NCBI GenBank assembly: GCA_958296055.1
Contig: CATQHS010000001.1
Span: 692,277 to 756,276, forward strand
Reading direction: 5' to 3'
Length of the DNA stretch: 64,000 nucleotides
Source: an uncultured Acidimicrobiales bacterium
GTDB lineage: Bacteria > Actinomycetota > Acidimicrobiia > Acidimicrobiales > Aldehydirespiratoraceae
A program made the position numbers and the translations under genes. This document shows, in pieces, positions 16,929 to 27,861 of the stretch (within the stretch, counting starts at the first letter, position 1; each line of letters begins with the position of its first letter). The notes under the pieces were generated by a model. That model was given only the letters and a program-made list of their open reading frames with translations, did no database searches and was not told the DNA's origin.

Positions 16929-18218
16929 TCAGATGATGTCGGCAATCAGGGCCACGTAATAGGTGACGGGCAGCGCGAACAGCAGCCCGTCGATGCGGTC
17001 GAGCACTCCCCCGTGGCCGGGGAGAATGGCGCCCATGTTCTTGATGCCCAGGTCCCGCTTGAGCAGCGACTCGGCCAGATCGCCGATCGGGGCGGCGATG
17101 GCGATGGCGACGGCCATGATGATGGCGGTCCACAGGTCGCCGGGGCTGTCGGCCACCGGCGCGGGCGCGGCCAGTACGCCCATGACCACCCCCGCGCCCA
17201 CCGCGACGACGCAGCCGCCGAGCAGACCCTCGAGGGTCTTGGCCGGGCTGGCCGACGACAGCGGCGTCCGGCCCGCGGCCCGGCCCACGAACAGCCCGCC
17301 CACGTCGTAGCCGGCGGTGACGACGATGGCCGTCGTGAGCAGGCCGGTCCCGTGGTCGCCGAGGGTCAGCATCAGGGCGGCGTGAGAGCCGAGCACGCCG
17401 ATGTAGACGACGCCGAAGACGGTTGTGCCCAGACCCCGCAGCGGGCCCTCCACGCCGATTCCGGTCAGATACCACAGGGCCCCGAACACCACCGTGAGCA
17501 CGCAGACCACCGGTATGGCCGCCTCGCCCCGCCAGTAGACGGCCAGCGGCATGGCCACCACCCCGGCCAGGCCCAGCAGGACGGCGGGCTGGTATCCGGC
17601 CAGGCGCACCGCGTTGAGCCACTCGATGGCGGCCAGGCCCAAGGCCACGGTCACCACTATCAGAGTCACCGCCGGTCCGGCGGCCATGGCCAGCAGGATG
17701 GCCGCGGCCAAGGCCACCCCCACCACCACGGACATGGGCATGTCGCGCTCTTCGCCGCCGGACGCCGCGGTTGGGGCCCCGGGCATCCCGTACCCGGCGC
17801 CGGCGGCCGCCCCTTCGTCGTACACGAAGAAGTCGTCTCCGGTCACGGCCTGTTCGTTCGGATCTTGGGTTCCCACCAACGGAACGCTCCCTTCGCTCTC
17901 GGCCCACTGCGGAGACGGAGGCAGGTCGGACCAGACCTCCATCTCGTCGGCGCCGGCCTCCATCAGCACCGGCTCGCCCGGGGGCTCGGCCGATCCCGGC
18001 ACCGCGGCCGACCCCGGCACCTCCACCTGGGGCACCGCCCCGGTGGGGGGCTCGCTCCAGTGGGGCAGCAGGTCGTCGTCCGCGGCGAACATTTCCTCGC
18101 CCACCTCGAACACCGACCGGCCCGGCGCCACGTCCTCGGGTTCAGCCGCCGGGTCGGGCTGAGCCCCGCCGATCCGGAAGCCCTCGCTCACGTTCTCGCC
18201 TCTTGTCTCGTCGCTCAC
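16929..18218 (-). CDS. cdsA: Phosphatidate cytidylyltransferase with an acidic/Pro-rich N-terminal extension of about 150 aa
   Basis: 429 aa. The C-terminal signature is SLLKRDLGIKNMGAILPGHGGVLDRIDGLLFALP, preceded by multiple hydrophobic helices. Confidence 0.88.
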   Translation of the reverse strand: MSDETRGENVSEGFRIGGAQPDPAAEPEDVAPGRSVFEVGEEMFAADDDLLPHWSEPPTGAVPQVEVPGSAAVPGSAEPPGEPVLMEAGADEMEVWSDLPPSPQWAESEGSVPLVGTQDPNEQAVTGDDFFVYDEGAAAGAGYGMPGAPTAASGGEERDMPMSVVVGVALAAAILLAMAAGPAVTLIVVTVALGLAAIEWLNAVRLAGYQPAVLLGLAGVVAMPLAVYWRGEAAIPVVCVLTVVFGALWYLTGIGVEGPLRGLGTTVFGVVYIGVLGSHAALMLTLGDHGTGLLTTAIVVTAGYDVGGLFVGRAAGRTPLSSASPAKTLEGLLGGCVVAVGAGVVMGVLAAPAPVADSPGDLWTAIIMAVAIAIAAPIGDLAESLLKRDLGIKNMGAILPGHGGVLDRIDGLLFALPVTYYVALIADII

Positions 18219-18247
18219 GGAATCATCCTTCCGGGTGCCGAACTCGA

Positions 18248-21424
<3,177 letters not shown>

Positions 21425-21650
21425 GCCTGTCTTCCTCCCCGGTTCGGCGTGGCCCGCGCCCGACGCCGCGAGGCGACCGGGTGAACGGCGCGGGTTGCGT
21501 GATGATTCGGAGACGCCGCTCGGCGCCGCCGGGCCCGTTGCCGGACCGCCGGGCAGTGTAGCCCCGGCCGGGCCGGTCTAATCAGGGGCGCCGGTTCGAG
21601 GAACGCGGGCGGCAGAGGCGACGAAGGCCGGACAGACCACACGGACCGGT

Positions 21651-22205
21651 TCAGGGCGGGTCGTCCAGGGGAATGAGTCGGACCGTGACCGCGCCGGCGG
21701 CGGTCAGCGAGGCCGGGTCGACGTAGGCGCCGTCGACTCGCACCCCGAAGTGGAGCCGCTCCGAGGCCAGGCCGACCGGGTCGCCCCGGGCCAGCCGAGC
21801 GCCGACGGGCGCGGTTATGCGCTCCAGGTACGAGTACGAGCTGACCACGCCGGCGCCGTGGTCGATGGTCACGTGCAGACTGCGGGCCACGGACCCGGCG
21901 AAGACCACCTCGCCGGCCGCGGCCGCGGCCACCACGTCGCCGGGCTCGGTGTCGTACTCGATGCCCCGGTTGCCGGGGCCATAGGGGCCTTCGGGCATCC
22001 GGAACGGGTCGCCGACCGGGGCCGACACCGGGGGCTGGAACCAGGGCTCGGACCGCGGCCCGGGCGCCGGAGCCCTCGGCGGCGGCGATGAGGCGGGCGC
22101 TGGCGGCCGGGACTCGGCCGGGGGCGCGGACAGGTCCAGACCGCAGGCGGACGGCGACAGGGCCGCGGCCAAGGCGAGGGCCGCCGACCGGCGGGCGAGG
22201 GGCAC
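21651..22205 (-). CDS. M23/LytM-family peptidase, probable lipoprotein
   Basis: 184 aa. The signal-like N-terminus ends in SPSAC. GIEYDTEPGDVVAAAAAGEVVFAG...HVTIDHGAGVVSSYSYL...HFGVRVDGAYVDP. Confidence 0.8.
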   Translation of the reverse strand: MPLARRSAALALAAALSPSACGLDLSAPPAESRPPAPASSPPPRAPAPGPRSEPWFQPPVSAPVGDPFRMPEGPYGPGNRGIEYDTEPGDVVAAAAAGEVVFAGSVARSLHVTIDHGAGVVSSYSYLERITAPVGARLARGDPVGLASERLHFGVRVDGAYVDPASLTAAGAVTVRLIPLDDPP

Positions 22206-22292
22206 GGGGCCACCTCCGGGGGTGTCAAGTCTCCTCGGGGAAGCGGCGCCGGCGGCGGGCCTGAAGGGACGGGCCGGCTCGCCCGCTCGACT

Positions 22293-23243
22293 CTAGGGCC
22301 GGTCCGGGTCGGCTCCTCTCGGCGCCGGCTTCGGTCCGGCGGCCGCGGCGGCCTGGCAGGAGGCGATGACGGCCACGGTGACGATGTCGTCGGCCCGGCA
22401 GCCCCGGGAGAGGTCGTGGATCACGCCGGCGGTGCCCTGCAGCAGCGGCCCGTAGGCCCGGGCCCGGCCCAGGCGCTCGGTGATCTTGTAGGCGATGTTG
22501 CCCGAGTCGAGGTCGGGGAAGACGAACACGTTGGCCCGGCCGGCCACGGGCGAGCCGGGGGCCTTGGATTCAGCCACCTCCGGCGCCCAGGCCGCGTCGA
22601 ACTGCAGCTCGCCGTCCACGGCCAGCCCCGGCGCCCGCCGGCGCGCCATCTCCACTGCGGCCCGCACCCGGTCCACTCGGGGGCCCTGGGCGCTGCCCTT
22701 GGTGGAGTACGACAGCATGGCCACCCTGGGCTCGCCGCCCGCCAGCCCCCGGTAGGTGGCCGCGCTGGACACCGCGATGGAGGCCATCTGCTCCGGGCTC
22801 GGCTCGGGCACCACCCCGCAGTCGCCGTAGACCACCGGGGCGCCGTCGGGCAGCACCAACACGAAGCTGCTGCTCACCAAGTCGGCGTCGGGGGCGGTGC
22901 CGATGCAGAAAAGGGCGGCCCGCACCACGTCGGCCGTGGGCCGGGTGGCGCCGGCCACGCAGGCGGAGGCCTCGCCGGCGGCCACCATGAGCGCGGCCAC
23001 GTGCAGCGGGTCGCCGAGGTCGATCCGCTCCCGCTGCTCCGACGCCTCGGCCGCGGCCCGCACCGCCGGCGAGCACAGGGCGGCCGGGTCGTCGACCAGC
23101 ACCGGAACGGCCAGTCCCTCCCGCCGGAGGCGCTCGGCCGCGGCCCGGGCCCGCCGGTCCCGGCCGTCGGCCAGCGCCACCCTGACCGGCGCGGCCCGGG
23201 CCCGCTCGTACCACGACTCGACGACCGCGGACCGGGTCGTCAT
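22293..23243 (-). CDS. pta: Phosphate acetyltransferase (short PTA_PTB type)
   Basis: 316 aa. SYSTKGSAQGP...DGELQFDAA...ANVFVFPDLDSGNIAYKI...GPLLQG...DLSRG. Confidence 0.8.
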   Translation of the reverse strand: MTTRSAVVESWYERARAAPVRVALADGRDRRARAAAERLRREGLAVPVLVDDPAALCSPAVRAAAEASEQRERIDLGDPLHVAALMVAAGEASACVAGATRPTADVVRAALFCIGTAPDADLVSSSFVLVLPDGAPVVYGDCGVVPEPSPEQMASIAVSSAATYRGLAGGEPRVAMLSYSTKGSAQGPRVDRVRAAVEMARRRAPGLAVDGELQFDAAWAPEVAESKAPGSPVAGRANVFVFPDLDSGNIAYKITERLGRARAYGPLLQGTAGVIHDLSRGCRADDIVTVAVIASCQAAAAAGPKPAPRGADPDRP

Positions 23244-23295
23244 CGCCGCCGGGGATTGGACGCCCGGCCCCCGCCGCCGACTGCGGGCGGCGCGG

Positions 23296-24273
23296 TCAGC
23301 CCTTGCCCCGCCAGGGGATGAGCCGCTTCTCGGCCAGGCGCATGGTCACGTCCATGAGCACCCCGAGGATGCTGATGAGGATCACCGCCGACAGCATCAG
23401 GTCGAGCAGGAAGAACTGGCGGGCCTTGAAGATGGTGAACCCGAGCCCGGCGCTGGACCCGAGCAGCTCGGCCGCCACCAGCGTGCCCCAGCACACGCCG
23501 ATGGCCACCCGGAGCCCGGTGAAGATCTCGGGCAGGGCGTTGGGCAAGATGACGTGGCGCAGCACTTGGGCCTTGGACGCGCCCAGCGAGTAGGCGGCGT
23601 GGACCTTGGTGGTGTTCACCGCCAGCACCCCGGAGCGGGCCGCGATCACCATGATCCACACGGCCGCGAACAGCAGCAGGTTGACCTTGCCCTCCTCCCC
23701 GATGCCGAACCACACGATGAACAGCGGGATCAGCGCCAGCGGCGGTATGGGCCGCAGCAGCTCCACCACCGGGTCGAAAATGCCCCGCCAGCGGTTCGAC
23801 AGGCCCATGGCCAAGCCGACGGGCACGCCGACGGCCACCCCCCAGAACAGGCCCTTGACCAGCCGGCTGAAGCTGAGCCACAGGTGCTGCCACAGCGTGA
23901 AGCCGCTGTAGCCGTCGCGGGCGAACTCCCAGGCCGCGTCCCAGACCTGCAAGGGGCTGGGCAGGGTCGATTCGCTCAGCCACTGCGTGTAGGAGCACTC
24001 GGGCAGCCCCGAGAAGTCGGCCGGGGCCTCGGCGGCCCGGTCGCAGTCGCGCAGCAGGTCGCGCTGGCCGTAGCTCTCGTCGGCGGAGAGCCCGGCCCTC
24101 ACCTCCTCGGCGTGGTCGGCCCATTCGGAGGGCAGGCCCCACACTTGGGTGGCCACGAACCACATGGCGATGATGACGACCAGGCTGGCCACGGTCCAGA
24201 CCGCGGCGCCGCTCACCTCGGCCGCGTCGCCGAAGGTGACGGTCTTGCGGGTCTTCGACGGCGCGGGGTCCAT
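23296..24273 (-). CDS. tauC: ABC transporter permease, NitT/TauT family (TauC-like)
   Basis: ATG at 24273 (MDPAPSKTRK...) overlaps the ATPase gene stop (TGATG). LLRPIPPLALIPLFIVWFGIGEEGK...SLGASKAQVLRHVILPNALPEIFTGLR. The rest of the 690-aa ORF is spurious. Confidence 0.85.
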   Translation of the reverse strand: MDPAPSKTRKTVTFGDAAEVSGAAVWTVASLVVIIAMWFVATQVWGLPSEWADHAEEVRAGLSADESYGQRDLLRDCDRAAEAPADFSGLPECSYTQWLSESTLPSPLQVWDAAWEFARDGYSGFTLWQHLWLSFSRLVKGLFWGVAVGVPVGLAMGLSNRWRGIFDPVVELLRPIPPLALIPLFIVWFGIGEEGKVNLLLFAAVWIMVIAARSGVLAVNTTKVHAAYSLGASKAQVLRHVILPNALPEIFTGLRVAIGVCWGTLVAAELLGSSAGLGFTIFKARQFFLLDLMLSAVILISILGVLMDVTMRLAEKRLIPWRGKG

Positions 24274-25643
24274 CACACCGCCCCGGTGCCCATGATCTGC
24301 TCCTCCATCTCCCAGATGAGCGAGAGGATCTCCTCGCGGGTGCGGATGAACTCGGCCGAGGTTTTCAGCTCCCGGGGGTCGGCGGCCAGCGCCTCCCGGG
24401 CGAAGGGCAGGTCGTAGACCCGCTCGATCCGCCCGGGCCGGGGGGCCATCACGAAGAGCTGGTCGCCCAGATACAGCGCCTCCTCCACGCTGTGGGTGAC
24501 CAGCACGATGGTCTTGCCGGTCTCGTTCCAGAGCTCGAGCACCAGGGCCTGCATCTTCTCCCGGGTCAGCGCGTCGAGGGCGCCGAGGGGCTCGTCCATG
24601 AGGATGATCCTGGGGTCGTTGGCCAGGCAGCGGGCCAGCGCCACCCGCTGCTGCATCCCCCCCGAGAGCTCGTAGACGGCCTTTTCGCCGAACTCTTGCA
24701 GCCCCACGATGCGGAGCAGGTCCTGCACCGCCTCCCGGGAGGCGGGGCGGGAGCGGCCGTTCATGCGGGCCCCGAAGCCCACGTTGTCGTTGACGGTGAG
24801 CCACTCGAACAGCGCCCCCCGCTGGAACACCATGCCCCGGTCCTGCCCGGGGCCCCGGATGGGCTCGTCGCCCAGCCTCACCTCCCCGGAGGTCGGGGCG
24901 AGGAACCCGGCGATGATGTTGAGCAGCGTGGTCTTGCCGCAGCCCGACGGCCCCAGCAGGGTGAGCAGGCGCCCGGGCTCCAGCGTGAAGGACACGTCGG
25001 CCAGGGCCTCCACCCGGCCGCCGTCGGGCAGTTCGTAGACCATGCCCAGGCCCTCCACCGCCAAGGGGCTCTCGGTCCTCGACTCGGTGACGTACGGTAC
25101 TTTGGAAGGGTCGAAGCGCACTTCGGGACGGCCCAGCGCGAACCAGGCCCGGACCAGGGCCAGAGCCGTGCCCAGCAGCACCAGATAGGGGATGGAGGAG
25201 TCGGAGCGCTGCCGAAAAGCCAGCACGACGGCGACCAGCGCTCCCGCGGCCAAAGCCAGCCACACATAGCGGGCCAGGCCGGCCCGGGTGGCCTCGCAGA
25301 CCCGGCGGTAGGCCACCATCAGGGCCATCAGGCCCGCGCCGGCGCTGATAGACACGGCCGGCAGCCACAGCGGCGCCGTGTCCCGGAAGGCCAAGACGAC
25401 GCCGCCGACCATGGCGCCCGAGGCCATGAGCTGGCCGATCAGGACAATCCCGTCGGAAGGGCGGGCGGCCGCGTCGGCGGCCCGGAAGCGGCGGGCGGGG
25501 GTGACGAGCAGGTCGACGGCCATGGCGACCGAGGCCGCGGCCGCTACGGCCAGCAGCGCCACCCCGATCCAGGCCGCCCCCCGGGCGACGCCGGCGCTGA
25601 GGGCGCCGAAGGCATCGGCCAAAGCTTGGACTACCGGCTCCAC
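24273..25643 (-). CDS. tauB: ABC transporter ATP-binding protein (TauB-like) fused to a hydrophobic N-terminal domain of about 190 aa
   Basis: 456 aa. The ATPase part starts near LAVEGLGMVYE...LLGPSGCGKTTLLNIIAGF...LSGGMQQRVALAR...LMDEPLGALD. The upstream 190 aa share the same frame, have GC-saturated third positions and contain several helix-length hydrophobic runs. Confidence 0.8.
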   Translation of the reverse strand: MEPVVQALADAFGALSAGVARGAAWIGVALLAVAAAASVAMAVDLLVTPARRFRAADAAARPSDGIVLIGQLMASGAMVGGVVLAFRDTAPLWLPAVSISAGAGLMALMVAYRRVCEATRAGLARYVWLALAAGALVAVVLAFRQRSDSSIPYLVLLGTALALVRAWFALGRPEVRFDPSKVPYVTESRTESPLAVEGLGMVYELPDGGRVEALADVSFTLEPGRLLTLLGPSGCGKTTLLNIIAGFLAPTSGEVRLGDEPIRGPGQDRGMVFQRGALFEWLTVNDNVGFGARMNGRSRPASREAVQDLLRIVGLQEFGEKAVYELSGGMQQRVALARCLANDPRIILMDEPLGALDALTREKMQALVLELWNETGKTIVLVTHSVEEALYLGDQLFVMAPRPGRIERVYDLPFAREALAADPRELKTSAEFIRTREEILSLIWEMEEQIMGTGAV

Positions 25644-25734
25644 TATCGGCTCACCTCAGGCGTCTCACCTCGTGCTGGGCGGACTCACCCGACGGGACTG
25701 GACGACCCGCCCGGTGAGCGCACCCTAGCCAAGA

Positions 25735-26607
25735 TCAGTCGACCGCTTCCAGGAAGCTGGTGTCCACGTAGGAGTCGTAGCTGGGCAGGGCCGAGTCGAT
25801 CTCGCCCTGGGCCACGAAGAAGTCCATCTGCTCCTTCATCACCGACTGGACGGTGCCGCCCAGCCAGGCCTCGGAGAGCTGCGCGTCCTTCTCCGGGAAG
25901 GTCATGTCGTCGAGCAGGGCCACGGTGGCGGCGCGGTCCAGGCCCACCGCTTCGGCCATGGCGTCGATGAACGGCGACCGGTCGGCGTTGTAGGCCCGGT
26001 TGGCGTCCTCGGTCACCTGCAGGAAGCCGGTCACCACGTCGGGATAGGCCTCGGCGAAGTCGCCGGTGGTGGAGATGATGTCGAACCCGGGGATGCCGAT
26101 GGCCTCCAGTTCGGCGCCGGTCATCACCAGATTGCCGCCGTTGGGGATCATCTCGTTGACCGAAGCGGCGAAGGCGCAGGCCATGGCCACCCGGCCCGAG
26201 GCCAGGGCCGCCACCGCGGCCGGGCCGCCCTCGGACTGGATGAGCTCGACCGCGGTGGTGTCCACCCCGAGGTATTCGAGCATCTTCAGCAGCTTGAAGT
26301 GGGTGGTGTTGCCCAGCGGGGTGTAGATGCTCTGACCGGCCAGCATCTCGGCCGCGTTGTCCTGGGTGATGCCGTAGTCGGGGTTGGCCACGCAGTTGTC
26401 GGTGTCGGAGTAGGTGACCGCCACTCCCAACAGCACCAGGTCCGAGCCGCCGGTCACGAAGTTGGCGAACGGGGTCACGCCCGCCGTTTCGCCGGCCGCG
26501 GTCGGCGGCGGCGCGGCGGTGTCGGGGCTCGGCGATGAGTCATCGCCGCCGCCGCAAGCGACGGCGACGAGACCCAGCGCCAACAGCGCGGCCGACAGCC
26601 GCCTCAA
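25735..26607 (-). CDS. TauA-like substrate-binding lipoprotein paralogue lacking the first ~60 residues of the mature fold
   Basis: 290 aa. Lipobox LVAVACGGG, then a Pro/Ala linker joining directly to ...TPFANFVTGGSDL.... From there to the C-terminus it is near-identical to the neighbouring full-length copy. Confidence 0.75.
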   Translation of the reverse strand: MRRLSAALLALGLVAVACGGGDDSSPSPDTAAPPPTAAGETAGVTPFANFVTGGSDLVLLGVAVTYSDTDNCVANPDYGITQDNAAEMLAGQSIYTPLGNTTHFKLLKMLEYLGVDTTAVELIQSEGGPAAVAALASGRVAMACAFAASVNEMIPNGGNLVMTGAELEAIGIPGFDIISTTGDFAEAYPDVVTGFLQVTEDANRAYNADRSPFIDAMAEAVGLDRAATVALLDDMTFPEKDAQLSEAWLGGTVQSVMKEQMDFFVAQGEIDSALPSYDSYVDTSFLEAVD

Positions 26608-27355
26608 GAAATCACTCGACCGCTTCCAGGAAGCTGGTGTCCACGTAGGAGTCGTAGCTGGGCAGGGCCGACTCGATCTCGCCCTGGGCCACGAAGAAGT
26701 CCATCTGCTCCTTCATCACCGACTGGACGGTGCCGCCCAGCCAGGCGTCGGAGAGCTGCAGGTCCTTCTCCGGGAAGGCGAAGGCGTCGAGCAGGGCGCT
26801 GGTGGCGGCCCGGTCCATCTCCGCCGCCGCGGCGATGGTGTCGATGAACGGCGCCCGGTCGTTGTTGTAGGCCCGGTTGGCGTCCTCGGTCACCTGCAGG
26901 AAGCCGGTCACCACGTCGGGATAGGCCTCGGCGAAGTCGCCGGTGGTGGAGATTATGTCGAAGACCCGGATGCCGATGTCCTCCTGCTCGGCGCCGGTCA
27001 TCACCAGGTTCCCGCCGTTGGCGACCATCTGGTTGACCGCGCCGCCGAAGGCGCAGGCCATGGCCACCTCGCCCGAGTCCAAGGCCGCCACCGCGGCCGG
27101 TCCGCCCTCGGACTGGATGAGCTCGACCGCGCCGGTGTCCACCCCGAGGTGCTCGAGCATCTTGAGCAGCTTGAAGTGGGTGACGTTGCCCAGCGGGGTA
27201 TAGATCTTCTGGCCGTCCAGCGTCTGGGCCGCGTTGTCTTTGGTGACCCCATAGTCGGGGTGGGCCACGCAGTTGTCGGCGTCGGCGTAGGTGACCGCCA
27301 CCCCCACGATCAGCAGGTCCGAACCGCCGGTCACGAAGTTGGCGAACGGGGTCAG
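25735..27355. repeat. Tandem segmental duplication, period 877 nt (25735-26478 versus 26612-27355)
   Basis: The first ~130 nt of each copy (the 3' ends of the genes) differ at only a few positions. Similarity continues to the ...TPFANFV... codons. Confidence 0.9.
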
Positions 27356-27607
27356 GCCCTGCGAGTAGGAGATGTCGATGTCGCCGGCCTCCATGGCCTG
27401 GGCCATGTCCCCCCCGCTGACGAACGGCGTCCAGTTCACCGTCAGGCCCAGCTCGGCGTCGTAGGTCTTCTCGGCCTGGGCCACCTGGTTGGCGGTCGGC
27501 CACTCCAGGAAGTAGGCGACGTTGAACTCCTCCAAGTCGGACGAGTCGTCGCCGCAGGCGACGGCTACCAGGCTCAGCGCCATCAGTGCTGCCATCAGTC
27601 TCTTCAT
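26612..27607 (-). CDS. tauA: Taurine/sulfonate-type ABC substrate-binding lipoprotein (TauA-like)
   Basis: 331 aa. Lipobox LVAVACGDD. It aligns by eye along its whole length to E. coli TauA as I recall it (VAQAE.T...G.TV.W..F.SG....A...GD..I; THFKLLKMLEHLGVD...VELI; DFAE.YPDVV; YDSYV.TSFL). Confidence 0.75.
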   Translation of the reverse strand: MKRLMAALMALSLVAVACGDDSSDLEEFNVAYFLEWPTANQVAQAEKTYDAELGLTVNWTPFVSGGDMAQAMEAGDIDISYSQGLTPFANFVTGGSDLLIVGVAVTYADADNCVAHPDYGVTKDNAAQTLDGQKIYTPLGNVTHFKLLKMLEHLGVDTGAVELIQSEGGPAAVAALDSGEVAMACAFGGAVNQMVANGGNLVMTGAEQEDIGIRVFDIISTTGDFAEAYPDVVTGFLQVTEDANRAYNNDRAPFIDTIAAAAEMDRAATSALLDAFAFPEKDLQLSDAWLGGTVQSVMKEQMDFFVAQGEIESALPSYDSYVDTSFLEAVE

Positions 27608-27663
27608 CTGATTCCCCCCTATTGGATTCGGTTCCCCTTGATTGGTCCCCTCTTTGGTTAGAG

Positions 27664-27736
27664 CACCCCGTACGGGATTTGAACCCGTGCTACCACCTTG
27701 AGAGGGTGGCGTCCTAGGCCGCTAGACGAACGGGGC
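27664..27736 (-). tRNA. tRNA-Glu (anticodon CTC)
   Basis: Manual cloverleaf of 73 nt: acceptor GCCCCGT/ACGGGGT, D arm GTCT..GGAC, anticodon stem CCACC/GGTGG with loop CTCTCAA, T arm ACGGG-TTCAAAT-CCCGT, discriminator G. No encoded CCA. Confidence 0.9.
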
Positions 27737-27740
27737 CGGG

Positions 27741-27812
27741 CTCGGGGAGGAGGACTCGAACCCCCAATGACTGGACCAGAACCAGTAGTGTTGCCGATTA
27801 CACCATCCCCGA
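27741..27812 (-). tRNA. tRNA-Gln (anticodon CTG)
   Basis: Manual cloverleaf of 72 nt: acceptor TCGGGGA/TCCCCGA, D arm GTGT..ACAC, anticodon stem ACTGG/CCAGT with loop TTCTGGT, T arm GGGGG-TTCGAGT-CCTCC. No encoded CCA. Confidence 0.9.
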
Positions 27813-27861
27813 ATCACCGCGAGCGTAGCGCCGGGAGCCGGGATGCAACCCCGGCCTGCGG

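Noticed and set aside
16837-17907. Long 5' extensions of the dxr ORF, and similar extensions of the frr, pyrH, nusA, S9 peptidase, aminotransferase, serC, permease and second synthetase ORFs
   Set aside because: The extensions overlap upstream genes and are low-complexity. Conserved N-termini with plausible ATG or GTG starts were located internally and checked against the nucleotide sequence.
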